This document shows positions 1 through 9,882 of a stretch of DNA of 64,000 nt, piece by piece. Origin of the DNA: an uncultured Clostridia bacterium (GTDB lineage: Bacteria; Bacillota; Clostridia; TANB77; CAG-508). The stretch's first letter is position 1, and the number at the start of each line of letters is the position of its first letter. A model generated the notes under the pieces. The model saw nothing but the letters and a program-made list of their open reading frames with translations. It did not search any database and was not told the origin of the DNA. Location of the stretch: the NCBI GenBank assembly GCA_947626605.1, contig CANQSV010000004.1, positions 28,429 through 92,428 on the forward strand, written 5' to 3'. The translations under genes and the position numbers were made by a program.

Positions 1-1013
1 AAATTTTTAATAATTTTATAAAACCAGGATTAGAAGATTTATGTGTAACACGTACAAGTTTTGATTGGGGTATAAAAATAAAAAATGATGAAAAACATGT
101 TATATATGTTTGGCTAGATGCACTCACAAACTATATAACAGCTTTAGGATATATGTCAAAAGATGAAACAAAATTTAACAAATATTGGCCAGCAGATTTA
201 CAAATAGTTGGAAAAGATATTATAAGATTTCATGGAATATATTGGCCAATTTTCTTGATGGCTTTAGGATTGCCTACTCCTAAAAAACTATTAGTACATG
301 GTTGGGTTATGATGAAAGATGGAAAAATGTCTAAGTCAAAAGGAAATGTAATATATCCAGAAGCATTAATTAATAGATATGGATTAGATAGTACAAAATA
401 TTTCTTATTAAAAGTTCTAAATAATGGTCAAGATGGAGTATTTACCCCAGAAGGCTTTGTAGAAATGTATAATTCTGATTTATGCAATGACTTAGGCAAC
501 TTATTAAATAGAACGATAGGTATGATTAATAAATACTTTAAAGGAAAAATGCCACAAAAAGCAAAAGAATATACTGAAACAGATAAGGAATTCCAAAACA
601 TAATCAATGAGAAGATAGATAGCATTGAGAAAAATATGGATAATTCACATATTTGTGATGCATTATCAGAAATTTGGGAGATTATATCAAAAGCTAATAA
701 ATATATAGATGAAACAATGCCTTGGGTATTATATAAAGAAGAAAAAATGGAAGAATTAGATGATGTAATGTATCATTTGGTAGAGGCATTAAGAAAAGTA
801 GGTATAATGATAAAACCTGCAATGGAGGATACATCAAACAGTATATTTGAACAATTAAATATAAAGGACGAAAAATTACAAAGTTGGGAAAGCTTAAAAG
901 AATATCCTGAGTATAATCAAGAATTAAAAGTAATTGAAAAAGGACAACCTTTATTTGAAAGACTAGAAGTGGAAAAAGAAATAGAAGAAATACTAGAGTT
1001 AATGAAAAAATAA
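1..1013 (+). CDS. metG: Methionyl-tRNA synthetase, 3' portion (5' end lies outside the window; frame starts at nt 3)
   Basis: The reading frame is open from nt 3. The translation carries FDWGI, VWLDAL and the class I aaRS KMSKS motif (KDGKMSKSKGN), followed by the anticodon-binding region. Confidence 0.85.
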   Translation, partial: IFNNFIKPGLEDLCVTRTSFDWGIKIKNDEKHVIYVWLDALTNYITALGYMSKDETKFNKYWPADLQIVGKDIIRFHGIYWPIFLMALGLPTPKKLLVHGWVMMKDGKMSKSKGNVIYPEALINRYGLDSTKYFLLKVLNNGQDGVFTPEGFVEMYNSDLCNDLGNLLNRTIGMINKYFKGKMPQKAKEYTETDKEFQNIINEKIDSIEKNMDNSHICDALSEIWEIISKANKYIDETMPWVLYKEEKMEELDDVMYHLVEALRKVGIMIKPAMEDTSNSIFEQLNIKDEKLQSWESLKEYPEYNQELKVIEKGQPLFERLEVEKEIEEILELMKK

Positions 1014-1043
1014 TAAATCTTAAATGAATTGCACAGATATGAA

Positions 1044-1068
1044 TGGGGCGATTATTAATCGCCCAAAA
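1044..1068. repeat. GC-rich hairpin ggggcgattattaatcgccc with no downstream T-tract; member of a recurring hairpin family
   Basis: Inverted repeat seen in the sequence. A near-identical copy (tgtaggggcgattagtaatcgccc) lies at 29791-29810. Confidence 0.5.
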
Positions 1069-1138
1069 ATACAAAACAATAGAGATTCTAATATAAATTT
1101 TTTAATAGAAAATAAATAATCAATAATAGGAGAAAAAA

Positions 1139-1711
1139 ATGAAAGATGCAATAATCATTGTAGAAGGTCCACAAGGTGTTGGAAAAACAACGTTTACTAA
1201 TAATTTAAGAGAAAAGCTAAAAGCAACAGATTTATATAGATTATCAGGAATTAAAGACAGAACAGAAGCGGGACAACAAAAAATAAAGGTAAAATATGAA
1301 AAATTAATGGAATATATGGAGAACTGTTCAGACGTAAATTTACTTTTCGACAGAACTTTTTTTACAAATGAAGTATATGCAAGATTGGGTTACCATAATT
1401 ATGATTTTTCTAAAACGTATGAAATGTTATTAAATAAATTGGATAATTTATCTAATCTAGATAAATATGATATATATTTTGTGGTTTTGTATTTAGAAAA
1501 TGAAAGCCTATATGAGCAAAGAATAAAAAGAGATAAGCATGAATACCAAAAATTTGAAGTGCAGAGTAGTATAGATCAACAACGTGAATATTTAAAAATG
1601 GCAGATGAGATAGAAAAACAATGCAAGAATATTAAAGTTTTAAGATTTGAAAACTCAACAGAAGAAAAATCAGCACAAAATGTAGAAAAGTATTTTAAAA
1701 TTTTAATGTAG
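1139..1711 (+). CDS. P-loop NTPase, deoxynucleoside/nucleotide-kinase-like
   Basis: N-terminal Walker A motif EGPQGVGKTT; size about 190 aa; AGGAG-like RBS upstream. Confidence 0.5.
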   Translation: MKDAIIIVEGPQGVGKTTFTNNLREKLKATDLYRLSGIKDRTEAGQQKIKVKYEKLMEYMENCSDVNLLFDRTFFTNEVYARLGYHNYDFSKTYEMLLNKLDNLSNLDKYDIYFVVLYLENESLYEQRIKRDKHEYQKFEVQSSIDQQREYLKMADEIEKQCKNIKVLRFENSTEEKSAQNVEKYFKILM

Positions 1712-1726
1712 TAATGAGGAATAAAG

Positions 1727-2344
1727 ATGAAATATGGTTTTTTCGGAGGAGCTTTTAATCCACCAACATGTGCTCATTTAGAATTAGCAAAACAAGTAAT
1801 AAAAGAATTAAGTATAGATAAAATTTTTTTTGTGCCAGTAGGAAACTTATACCAAAAAGAAAATCTAATAGATGAAAAGTACAGATATGAAATGCTAGAA
1901 AAATTATGCTCTAAATATGAATTCTTAGAAGTTTCCAATTTGGAAATGAATTTAAAAAATAACCTTAAAGCTATAGATGTTTTTGAGATTATAATAAAAA
2001 CTTATAAAGAAAAAATAGAAAAAGAAAATTTAGAAATTTTTTTCATAATGGGTTCAGATAATTTAGTAAAAATGGAAAAATGGAAAGATGCAGAAAAACT
2101 AATTTCAAAATATCAATATATTATTTTAGATAGAGAAGAAAATGATATAGAAGAAATTTTTAAGGAAAATGAATTATTAAATAAATATAAGAGTAATTTT
2201 AAGATTTTAGAGAAAAATAAACAAGAGAAAGTAAGTTCAACTAAAGTAAGAGAATATATAAAGCAAAATGATGAGAAAAAAGTTTGTGAGATGATTCCAG
2301 AAGAAATTTATGAATACATAAAAAATAAAAAATTATATATCTAA
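1727..2344 (+). CDS. nadD: Nicotinate-nucleotide adenylyltransferase
   Basis: N-terminal GGAFNPPTCAHLELA (the nucleotidyltransferase HxGH-type motif); about 205 aa. Confidence 0.8.
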   Translation: MKYGFFGGAFNPPTCAHLELAKQVIKELSIDKIFFVPVGNLYQKENLIDEKYRYEMLEKLCSKYEFLEVSNLEMNLKNNLKAIDVFEIIIKTYKEKIEKENLEIFFIMGSDNLVKMEKWKDAEKLISKYQYIILDREENDIEEIFKENELLNKYKSNFKILEKNKQEKVSSTKVREYIKQNDEKKVCEMIPEEIYEYIKNKKLYI

Positions 2345-2404
2345 ATAAGCTTTGTATAAAGAGAAAAAAAGAAATTTGATAGAATTTATCAAATTTCTTT
2401 TTTA

Positions 2405-2593
2405 TTAATCATTATTTTCGCTAACATCAACAACTTGTTTACCATCATAATATCCACAGTTTGAACAAACTCTATGTGGTAATACTGGTTCATGACAATG
2501 TGGACATTTAGCTATTGTTGGTTTATCTAATTTCCAAGTTGATCTTTTTGAATGAGTTCTTGCTTTTGACCATCTTCTTTTTGGTTGTGCCAT
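2405..2593 (-). CDS. rpmF: 50S ribosomal protein L32
   Basis: MAQPKRRWSKARTHSKR N-terminus and a CxxC...CxxC zinc ribbon; 62 aa. Confidence 0.85.
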   Translation of the reverse strand: MAQPKRRWSKARTHSKRSTWKLDKPTIAKCPHCHEPVLPHRVCSNCGYYDGKQVVDVSENND

Positions 2594-2782
2594 TTTAATT
2601 CCCCCCTTGCATAGAAAAGATATCTATATATCTATAATTTATTTAACAAAGTTTGTCACCATAAAAGTATACTAGTATTTTTGCCATTTGTCAATAGTTA
2701 GAGATATTTTTTCATATAGTATCAATAAACATTAAGGTAAAATAAGAATAGAGAAAAGCGTTAAATAATTTTCTAATTACCT

Positions 2783-2815
2783 TGTAAAAAATAAAAAAAA
2801 ATGATAATATCTAAT
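2783..2815 (+). promoter_or_regulatory. Putative sigma-A promoter with extended -10 (TTGTAA, 17 nt, TGATAATAT) upstream of murB
   Basis: Hexamer spacing read in the sequence. Confidence 0.3.
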
Positions 2816-2861
2816 AGGTATATTGTAATTATATACCAAGTAAAATAAAAAGGGAGATAAT

Positions 2862-3791
2862 ATGCCAGATATAGAGAAAATATATACTGATTTAAAAGAA
2901 AAAATTTCAGAAAATCAGATACTATTAAATGCTAATATGAAAGAATATACTTCATTTAAAATTGGAGGCAATGCAGATATATTAGTAACTATCAAAAACG
3001 AACAAGAAGCAAAATATGTTTTGGAAATAAGTAAGAAAAATAATTGCTCTATATTTGTATTAGGAAATGGAACAAACATATTAGTAAAAGATAAAGGAAT
3101 ACGAGGAATAGTTTTAAGAAATAGAATAGATTACATAGAAGAAGTAAAGCCAATTGATGAAGATGATTATGTAGAGGTATTAGTTGGCTCAGGTGTGAAA
3201 AATAGCATATTGGCTCAAAAACTTCTCAAAGAAAATTTAACTGGTTTTGAATTTGCATCTGGAATCCCAGGAACAATAGGTGGAGCAATAAAAATGAATG
3301 CAGGAGCTTATGGAGGCGAAATAAAAGATATTCTAATAGAAACTACATATCTGGATTATGAAGGAAGGATTCATACAATATCAAATGAAGAGTGCAATTT
3401 TGCTTATAGATATAGTATTTTTAAAGATACAAATGCAATAATATTATCAGGAAAATTCAAATTTAAAACGGATAGTTATGAAATCATAAAAGAAAGGATG
3501 AAACAAAATGAAATTGCACGAAGAGATAAGCAACCAATAGAGTTCCCAAATGCGGGTAGTACATTTAAAAGAGGAGAAGATTTTATTACAGCAAAATTAA
3601 TAGATGAATGTGGATTAAAAGGTTACAGAATAGGTGATGCAGAAGTTTCACAAAAACATGCAGGTTTTGTAATAAACAAAGGAAATGCAAATGCGGAAGA
3701 AGTAATAAAATTAATTAATAATGTAAAAGAAAAAGTATTAACAAAATTTAATAAGAATATCGATTTGGAGATAGAAATAATAGGGGAATAA
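2862..3791 (+). CDS. murB: UDP-N-acetylenolpyruvoylglucosamine reductase
   Basis: FAD-binding fold region (GGNADILV), then GSGVKNS, GIPGTIGGA and the MurB C-terminal domain; strong RBS GGGAG. Confidence 0.85.
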   Translation: MPDIEKIYTDLKEKISENQILLNANMKEYTSFKIGGNADILVTIKNEQEAKYVLEISKKNNCSIFVLGNGTNILVKDKGIRGIVLRNRIDYIEEVKPIDEDDYVEVLVGSGVKNSILAQKLLKENLTGFEFASGIPGTIGGAIKMNAGAYGGEIKDILIETTYLDYEGRIHTISNEECNFAYRYSIFKDTNAIILSGKFKFKTDSYEIIKERMKQNEIARRDKQPIEFPNAGSTFKRGEDFITAKLIDECGLKGYRIGDAEVSQKHAGFVINKGNANAEEVIKLINNVKEKVLTKFNKNIDLEIEIIGE

Positions 3792-3826
3792 TCAGAAACA
3801 CTTGAGCAGAAGGGAGATAATTTAGG

Positions 3827-5425
3827 ATGAAAGGTTTTTTTAAGTGGTTTAAATCCAGTACAAAAATGAAAAGATGGTTTTTCTTAATATTGTTAGGAAT
3901 TGTTTTGGCATCTGCTGGAGTTTCAAAGATAATTATATCAGAAGAAATTTCTTTCCAAGAAGTTGGAAAATCTGCAATATTATTCATTTGTGGATTTACT
4001 TGTGTAATTTTAGGAATAGTATTCTGTCAAAAAAGAGTTTTAGAACTATTAATAGAAGATGTTAATAATAAAGGGAAAAAAGATAAAAATAGTGTAGATG
4101 TAAAATCTTTAATATTTAATAGAAAAGTGTATGATGATGGACCTAACATTGTTGTAATAGGTGGAGGAACAGGATTAAATACAGTTTTAAAAGGTTTAAA
4201 GAATTTTACAAGCAATATTACTGCTATAGTTACAGTATCGGATTATGGTAGAGTAGCAGGATATTCGAGAAAAAAACTAAACTTATTGCCGCTTGATGAC
4301 ATAAAAGAAAGTTTAGTAGCATTATCAAACAATGAAGCTCCTATGGAGGGGTTACTAAACCTACAATTTTCAAATAGTATTCTGAAAGATTTATCATTTG
4401 GTGATATTTATTTACTAGCTATGGAAGAATTATATGGGGATTTTTACGATTCTATTGAAAAATGTAAAAATATATTAAATATTAATGGAAAAGTATTACC
4501 AGTAACTTTAGATGAAATAAAAATATGTGCAGAACTAAAGGATGGCACAGTAATAGAAGATAGAGATAAAATACCAGAAATAGTTTATGATAAAGCTTCA
4601 AAAATAAACAGAATATTTATAAATCCTTCAAATTGCAAGGTGGCACCAGGAGTTATAGAAGCTATTGAAAATGCAGATGCAATTATTATTGGACCAGGAA
4701 GTTTATATACAAATGTTATACCAAATTTGTTGGTAAAAAATGTAGCAAAAACTATACGTGAAAGTAAAGCTATGAAAGTATATATAAGCAATATAATGAC
4801 TGAACCAGGACAGACAGATGGATATTCTATGTCAGAGCATTTAAATGCAATAATAGAACATGCAGGAAAAGGTATTATAGATTATTGTATTTATGATACA
4901 GGAGATATAATTCCAGAAATCATGAAAAGATATCATCGTGAAGGAGCAGATTTAGTAGAGATAGATTCACAAAAAGCAAAAGAGTTAGGAGTAAAGCTAA
5001 TAGGAAGAGAATTATCTTGTATGATAGATGATAGTGTTAGACATAGCCCAAATGGTGTAGCAGAAGCAATAATGGAATTAATTTGTAATGATTTGAAATT
5101 TAAAGATAATCAAAACACTAAGGACTACTTATTATTAAGTGGAAAATTAAAAAATTCTAAAAAGAAAAGAAAAAGTAGAATAAAAATATTAAAAAGAAAA
5201 GAAAAGGCTGAAGCTAAGGAAGTTCCTAAAATTAAGCCAGATAAAAATAGACAAAGAAAGAGTAAGTTTTCAACAAAATACAAAGACAGAATTGAAGCAA
5301 TACAAAATACTGATGAGAATATAGCAAGAAATAGAAGACTAGAGCAAGAGAAAACTGAAAAAGAGAAGTTTTTAAAAGAAGTTGAAGATAACATTAAATC
5401 AAAAGATGAAAATACTGTAAAATAA
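3827..5425 (+). CDS. YvcK/CofD-like (UPF0052, gluconeogenesis-factor family) protein with N-terminal transmembrane segments and a Lys/Arg-rich C-terminal tail
   Basis: Core motif IVVIGGGTGLNTVLKGLK. About 100 aa of hydrophobic N-terminal extension and about 110 aa of K/R/E-rich C-terminal low complexity. Confidence 0.7.
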   Translation: MKGFFKWFKSSTKMKRWFFLILLGIVLASAGVSKIIISEEISFQEVGKSAILFICGFTCVILGIVFCQKRVLELLIEDVNNKGKKDKNSVDVKSLIFNRKVYDDGPNIVVIGGGTGLNTVLKGLKNFTSNITAIVTVSDYGRVAGYSRKKLNLLPLDDIKESLVALSNNEAPMEGLLNLQFSNSILKDLSFGDIYLLAMEELYGDFYDSIEKCKNILNINGKVLPVTLDEIKICAELKDGTVIEDRDKIPEIVYDKASKINRIFINPSNCKVAPGVIEAIENADAIIIGPGSLYTNVIPNLLVKNVAKTIRESKAMKVYISNIMTEPGQTDGYSMSEHLNAIIEHAGKGIIDYCIYDTGDIIPEIMKRYHREGADLVEIDSQKAKELGVKLIGRELSCMIDDSVRHSPNGVAEAIMELICNDLKFKDNQNTKDYLLLSGKLKNSKKKRKSRIKILKRKEKAEAKEVPKIKPDKNRQRKSKFSTKYKDRIEAIQNTDENIARNRRLEQEKTEKEKFLKEVEDNIKSKDENTVK

Positions 5426-5472
5426 AAATAATAATTTTTACGATAGAAAAAAATAATTTTGGAGGAGTACGA

Positions 5473-7524
5473 ATGAAAATTCAAAAAAAGAAAATATCTT
5501 TAGAAGATGGTTTAAAAGAAGAATGGCTTATAACAAATGGATTAGGTGGATATAGTTCATCTACAATAATAAACTGTAATACTAGAAAGTATCATGGACT
5601 TTTAATTGCTCCAATGACACCACCAGCAAGAAGGCATTTAATAATTTCTAAAGTAGATGAGAGTATACAAATAGGTAATATGAACTATAATTTGTATACG
5701 AATATGTCAAATAATTATATATCTGATGGATATAAATATTTAGAAAGTTTCGAAAAAGAATATATTCCAATTTTTACCTATAAGATTGGAACAGTTGAAA
5801 TAAAAAAATCTATATGTATGAAATATGGAGAGAATACAGTAGGTATTTTATATAATATAAAAAATGGATTAACAAGAGCAAAATTCTCTATGGCTCCAAT
5901 TATTAACTTCAGAGATTTTCATAGAATGAATACAGCACATGATTTTAATATAAAACAAGAAGTAAAAGATAATACAAAAGTAAAATTGGTAGTTGATGAC
6001 TATATTGACATGCCAATATATATGAATTGTAATGAAGCTTTTTATACACAGCATTATAATGATACTTTTAGAAATATGTATTATATTGAAGAAGAGAAAA
6101 GAGGTTTATATCCAGAAGAAAATCATGCTGTGCCAGGAGTTTTTGAAGTAGAAATTGAACCAAATGAAGAAAAAGAAATTTCATTAGTATGTTCTTTAGA
6201 AGAAAATATAGAGGAAATAAACGTACAAAAATTAATAAATGATGAAATAAAAAGAATAGATAAACAAATATCAGAATCTAAATTAGTAACAACTAGAAAA
6301 GTGAAATTATCAAAAGAAGAACAGGACTATAAAGATTTAATGAAATACTATATTATGGCAGTTGATAATTTCATTGTTTATAGACCAAGCTTCAGTTTGC
6401 ATACAATGATTGCAGGATATCCATGGTTCTTGGACTGGGGAAGAGATGCATTAATATCATATGAAGGAATTTTACTAAAAACAAAGAAATTTAAACTAGC
6501 ACAAGAAGTATTATTAACTTTCACAAAAAATATAAAATTTGGGTTAGTTCCAAATGGTTATTCAGGATTTGATAATAGACCACTATATAATAGTGCAGAT
6601 GCTTCTTTGCTTATGTTTGAACAAGTTCATAAGTATATAGAATATACAGGAGATAAAAAATTCATAAAAAAAGAGTTATATAAAACTATGCAAGGTGTTA
6701 TTAGAGCATATCAAAATGGAATTTATTTAGACGATAACAACATTTATATGGATGGAGAGGATAATCTTCTAGTTTCAGGAACACCACAAACTCAAAACAC
6801 ATGGATGGATGCAAAGTATGGAGATTATGCAGTTACACCAAGAAATGGAAAAGCAGTAGAGATAAATGCTTTATGGTATAATGCGTTAAAAATAATGGAA
6901 GAACTAACAGAAGAATTTGATGGAAAAGAAAAAGCAGAATACTATAAAGATCTTGCAACTAAATGTAAAAAATCTTTTGAAGAAAATTTCTATAATCAAA
7001 AAAAGAAATGTTTATATGATGTTTTAGGAGACGAAAAAATAAGACCAAATCAATTAATGGCTTTATCACTATCACATCCAGTAATAAATCCTGCTTCAGA
7101 AATTGCAATGAATATTTATACTGTAGCTACTAAAAAACTTTTAAATAAACATGGATTGAAAACACTTGCTAAAGGTGAAGAAAATTATGTAGAAATTTAC
7201 GAAGGAGATCCTTTCAAAAGAGATATGAGTTATCATCAAGGAATTACATGGCCATGGTTATTAGGTTTATACTATGATACAATGAAAAATATGTTGAAAA
7301 GTATGAAAAAGTCTGAAGCAAAAGAAAAACTTCAAGAGGAATATAATAAATTTGTACAAAATATAGAGAAAACATTCACAAAAGCAGTATATAACGATGG
7401 TTGTTTAGGAAGTATATCTGAATTGTACGATTCAAGAACACCATATGAACAAAAAGGTTGTGTAGCACAAGCATGGAGCGTAGCAGAGGTGTTTAGAATT
7501 ATAGTAGAAAATCATAATAAATAA
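5473..7524 (+). CDS. Glycogen debranching enzyme-like protein (amylo-alpha-1,6-glucosidase family)
   Basis: 683 aa. A GDE C-terminal-like (alpha/alpha)6 barrel region is indicated by DWGRDALIS, WMDAKYGDYAVTPRNGKAVEINALWYNAL and ITWPWLLG. Confidence 0.6.
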   Translation: MKIQKKKISLEDGLKEEWLITNGLGGYSSSTIINCNTRKYHGLLIAPMTPPARRHLIISKVDESIQIGNMNYNLYTNMSNNYISDGYKYLESFEKEYIPIFTYKIGTVEIKKSICMKYGENTVGILYNIKNGLTRAKFSMAPIINFRDFHRMNTAHDFNIKQEVKDNTKVKLVVDDYIDMPIYMNCNEAFYTQHYNDTFRNMYYIEEEKRGLYPEENHAVPGVFEVEIEPNEEKEISLVCSLEENIEEINVQKLINDEIKRIDKQISESKLVTTRKVKLSKEEQDYKDLMKYYIMAVDNFIVYRPSFSLHTMIAGYPWFLDWGRDALISYEGILLKTKKFKLAQEVLLTFTKNIKFGLVPNGYSGFDNRPLYNSADASLLMFEQVHKYIEYTGDKKFIKKELYKTMQGVIRAYQNGIYLDDNNIYMDGEDNLLVSGTPQTQNTWMDAKYGDYAVTPRNGKAVEINALWYNALKIMEELTEEFDGKEKAEYYKDLATKCKKSFEENFYNQKKKCLYDVLGDEKIRPNQLMALSLSHPVINPASEIAMNIYTVATKKLLNKHGLKTLAKGEENYVEIYEGDPFKRDMSYHQGITWPWLLGLYYDTMKNMLKSMKKSEAKEKLQEEYNKFVQNIEKTFTKAVYNDGCLGSISELYDSRTPYEQKGCVAQAWSVAEVFRIIVENHNK

Positions 7525-7544
7525 ATGATAAAATAAATATGTTG

Positions 7545-7568
7545 GGTGAGCTTTGCTCACCTAATATT
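7545..7568 (+). terminator. Intrinsic terminator ggtgagctttgctcacc plus T-rich tail
   Basis: Hairpin followed by taatatttta, immediately after the stop of the upstream gene. Confidence 0.5.
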
Positions 7569-7609
7569 TTATAAAAGTAACGTTTAAAAAGAAAGGAATA
7601 ATAGTAAAT

Positions 7610-8641
7610 ATGGCAACACTTACAATAGAACAATTAGAAAAAGAATTACATGCAAAAACATTAAGATCAATATATTTATTATATGGAGAAGAATTATTCT
7701 TATTAGAATCAGTTTTAAAAAGAATAAAGAATAATTTTGGCGAACTAATACAAGGAATTAACTATATTCAAATAGATGAGAAAAATGTTACTGAACTTAT
7801 ATCAGATATAGAAACACCAGCATTTGGTTATGAAAAAAAATTAATCATAGTAAGAGATACAGGACTTCTAAAAAAAGAAGGAAAAAAGAAGAACGCTAAA
7901 TTAAATGAATTAAAAGAAAAAATAGCTAAATATATAGAAGATAATGTAAGTATAATAAACGATTCAGATGTAATTGTTTTTATAGAAGAAAATATGGAAA
8001 AAGGAAAACTTGCAACAACTATCGAGAAAAATGGTGTAATATGTAGTTTTGAAAGACAAAAGCCTGCTGATATTCAAAAAAGATTAAAAAGTATTTGTAA
8101 AGCATATAAAGTAAATGTAGATGATGCAACTCTTAGATATTTTATTGAATGTTGTGGAACTAATATGCAAGATTTAATAAATGAAGTAAGAAAGTTAATT
8201 GAATACGAAGGCGAAAACGGAACAATAACAAAAGAAACTATAGATTTACTTGCCATAAAACAGATTGAAAGTGTAATATTTGACCTAACAGATAATTTAG
8301 GAAAAAAGCAAACAAAAGAAGCACTAGTAGTACTAAAAAATTTATTGGACTCAAAAGAACCAATACAAAAAATATTGATAACCTTATATAATCATTTCAA
8401 AAAATTATATATTGTAAAATTAGCAGAAAAATACAATAGAAACTTAGCGGAAGCAATGTCATTAAAACCGAATCAAATGTTTTTAGTAAACAAATATAAA
8501 GCACAGGCATCTTTGTTTAATGAAAAAGATTTAAAAAAATTAATAAATGAATTAATAGATTTAGATACAAATTATAAACAAGGATTAATAGATTTGAATG
8601 TTGGCTTAGAAGCAATACTTTGCAGGTATTGTAGTAAGTAA
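7610..8641 (+). CDS. holA: DNA polymerase III delta subunit
   Basis: 343 aa. N-terminal LLYGEELFLLE is typical of HolA, with a helical C-terminal domain. Confidence 0.75.
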   Translation: MATLTIEQLEKELHAKTLRSIYLLYGEELFLLESVLKRIKNNFGELIQGINYIQIDEKNVTELISDIETPAFGYEKKLIIVRDTGLLKKEGKKKNAKLNELKEKIAKYIEDNVSIINDSDVIVFIEENMEKGKLATTIEKNGVICSFERQKPADIQKRLKSICKAYKVNVDDATLRYFIECCGTNMQDLINEVRKLIEYEGENGTITKETIDLLAIKQIESVIFDLTDNLGKKQTKEALVVLKNLLDSKEPIQKILITLYNHFKKLYIVKLAEKYNRNLAEAMSLKPNQMFLVNKYKAQASLFNEKDLKKLINELIDLDTNYKQGLIDLNVGLEAILCRYCSK

Positions 8642-8751
8642 AAAAGTTCATATTAGCTAGATAAAATTATTCTTTTGTGGAAAAAATGCAACTAAGGCTT
8701 ACAAAAAAATGGCAGAATTTATGCCAAAAGATATGTTATAAATATTGAAAT

Positions 8752-8815
8752 TATAAAATAAAGTGTATAAAAAAACCTCTTTTTCAAAAAATAATTATGA
8801 AAGAGAGGTTTTTAT
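8752..8815. repeat. About 64-bp direct repeat, copy 1 (contains hairpin aacctctcttt...aaagagaggtt)
   Basis: Near-identical to 9818-9881. The two copies flank the Rpn-like gene. Confidence 0.85.
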
Positions 8816-8853
8816 TATATTTTACATTTGTAGAAATTCGATTTTATAAAATA

Positions 8854-9663
8854 TTATAAATTTTCAATTTCTTCTTTTGTTAAACCAGTTATTTCAATTA
8901 TAGATTTTATGTCAAAATCTTTCTCTAGCATTTTTTTTGCAATTTCCTTTTGTGATTCTGTTTTACCTTCACGTTTTGCTTTTGCCATAGCTGCCATTTC
9001 ATCTCTAATTGCTTTTTCTCTTAAATAGGCTAGTCTTTTGGTTTCTTCGTCTCCTGTTAAATACTCAAATTCTTCTTCAGCTTTTTTTATATTTTCATTT
9101 TCACTCATTTTTATAGCCTCCATATTTTCATTTATTATAAAAGTAAGCCATTCTTCTAATTTAGTGGAAATGTGTTTGCATTTTTTCTTGAATTTAGGTA
9201 ATTGAATGTAGTGAAACTCTAGTTTATCTGTAAGGATAATATCTTCATACTCTCTTTTTAGACGAGCTATTTCATGAAATGGACCTTCCTCAAATACATT
9301 ATAATTTGTAATCCATATTGAAATTGATCGAGGAACATTTATATAATCTTGACCTGATTGTAAATTTTCGTGAAATACACCTGTTCCATAAAATATAGAT
9401 CTATCTATAGTATTATAATAGTCTTTTACTTGCATTTCAATATTAACTTTAGTATGATCATTTAAAGTTGCTACTACATCTAAAATACCAAGTTTTTCTG
9501 TAATAAGCTGTCTAGTTATAGAAACATCTTTATTAACTTCAATTGTTTTGATTTGAATATGAGTTAAAATTGATTGAAGAAAATCCAGTAATAAATCTTT
9601 GTTTCTAGATTCTCCAAAGAGTTTTTTAAACAAGAAGTCATTTGTTGGTTTTAAATGGCTCAT
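8854..9663 (-). CDS. Rpn/YhgA-like recombination-promoting nuclease / putative transposase (PD-(D/E)XK family)
   Basis: N-terminus MSHLKPTNDFLFKKLFG is the hallmark of the YhgA/Rpn (Transposase_31) family; 269 aa. Confidence 0.7.
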   Translation of the reverse strand: MSHLKPTNDFLFKKLFGESRNKDLLLDFLQSILTHIQIKTIEVNKDVSITRQLITEKLGILDVVATLNDHTKVNIEMQVKDYYNTIDRSIFYGTGVFHENLQSGQDYINVPRSISIWITNYNVFEEGPFHEIARLKREYEDIILTDKLEFHYIQLPKFKKKCKHISTKLEEWLTFIINENMEAIKMSENENIKKAEEEFEYLTGDEETKRLAYLREKAIRDEMAAMAKAKREGKTESQKEIAKKMLEKDFDIKSIIEITGLTKEEIENL

Positions 9664-9817
9664 TTAACACCCCCATTCTAACATTTTTTTATTAATAATT
9701 CAATTGTTTTGGAAAGTTTGTGCAAGAGATTGCACTTAAGAATTTTTGGAATAAAATCAAATTTCTACAAAAACTATTATAGTAGTAATTAATTATAATT
9801 GCAATAAATTTTTTATT

Positions 9818-9881
9818 TATAAAATAAAGTGTATAAAAAAACCTCTTTTTCAAAAAATAATTATGAAAGAGAGGTTTTTAT
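9818..9881. repeat. About 64-bp direct repeat, copy 2
   Basis: Matches 8752-8815 with 1-2 mismatches. It overlaps the annotated 5' end of the gpr ORF. Confidence 0.85.
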
Positions 9882-9882
9882 A

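Noticed and set aside
694-1074. Antisense ORFs inside real genes, for example 694-1074(-), 4027-4215(-), 5125-5484(-), 12795-13079(-), 16858-17049(-), 23236-23619(-), 28677-29081(-), 29265-29750(-), 56954-57316(-) and 58809-59231(-)
   Set aside because: They are low-complexity, Leu/Phe/Ile/Ser-rich translations of the AT-rich opposite strand of well-supported genes. They have no RBS and overlap conserved domains.
9829-9882. ORF-track start of gpr (MYKKTSFSKNNYEREVFIV)
   Set aside because: These codons are the translation of the 64-bp direct repeat (also present non-coding at 8762-8815) and begin at a GTG. The conserved GPR sequence starts at about 9883.
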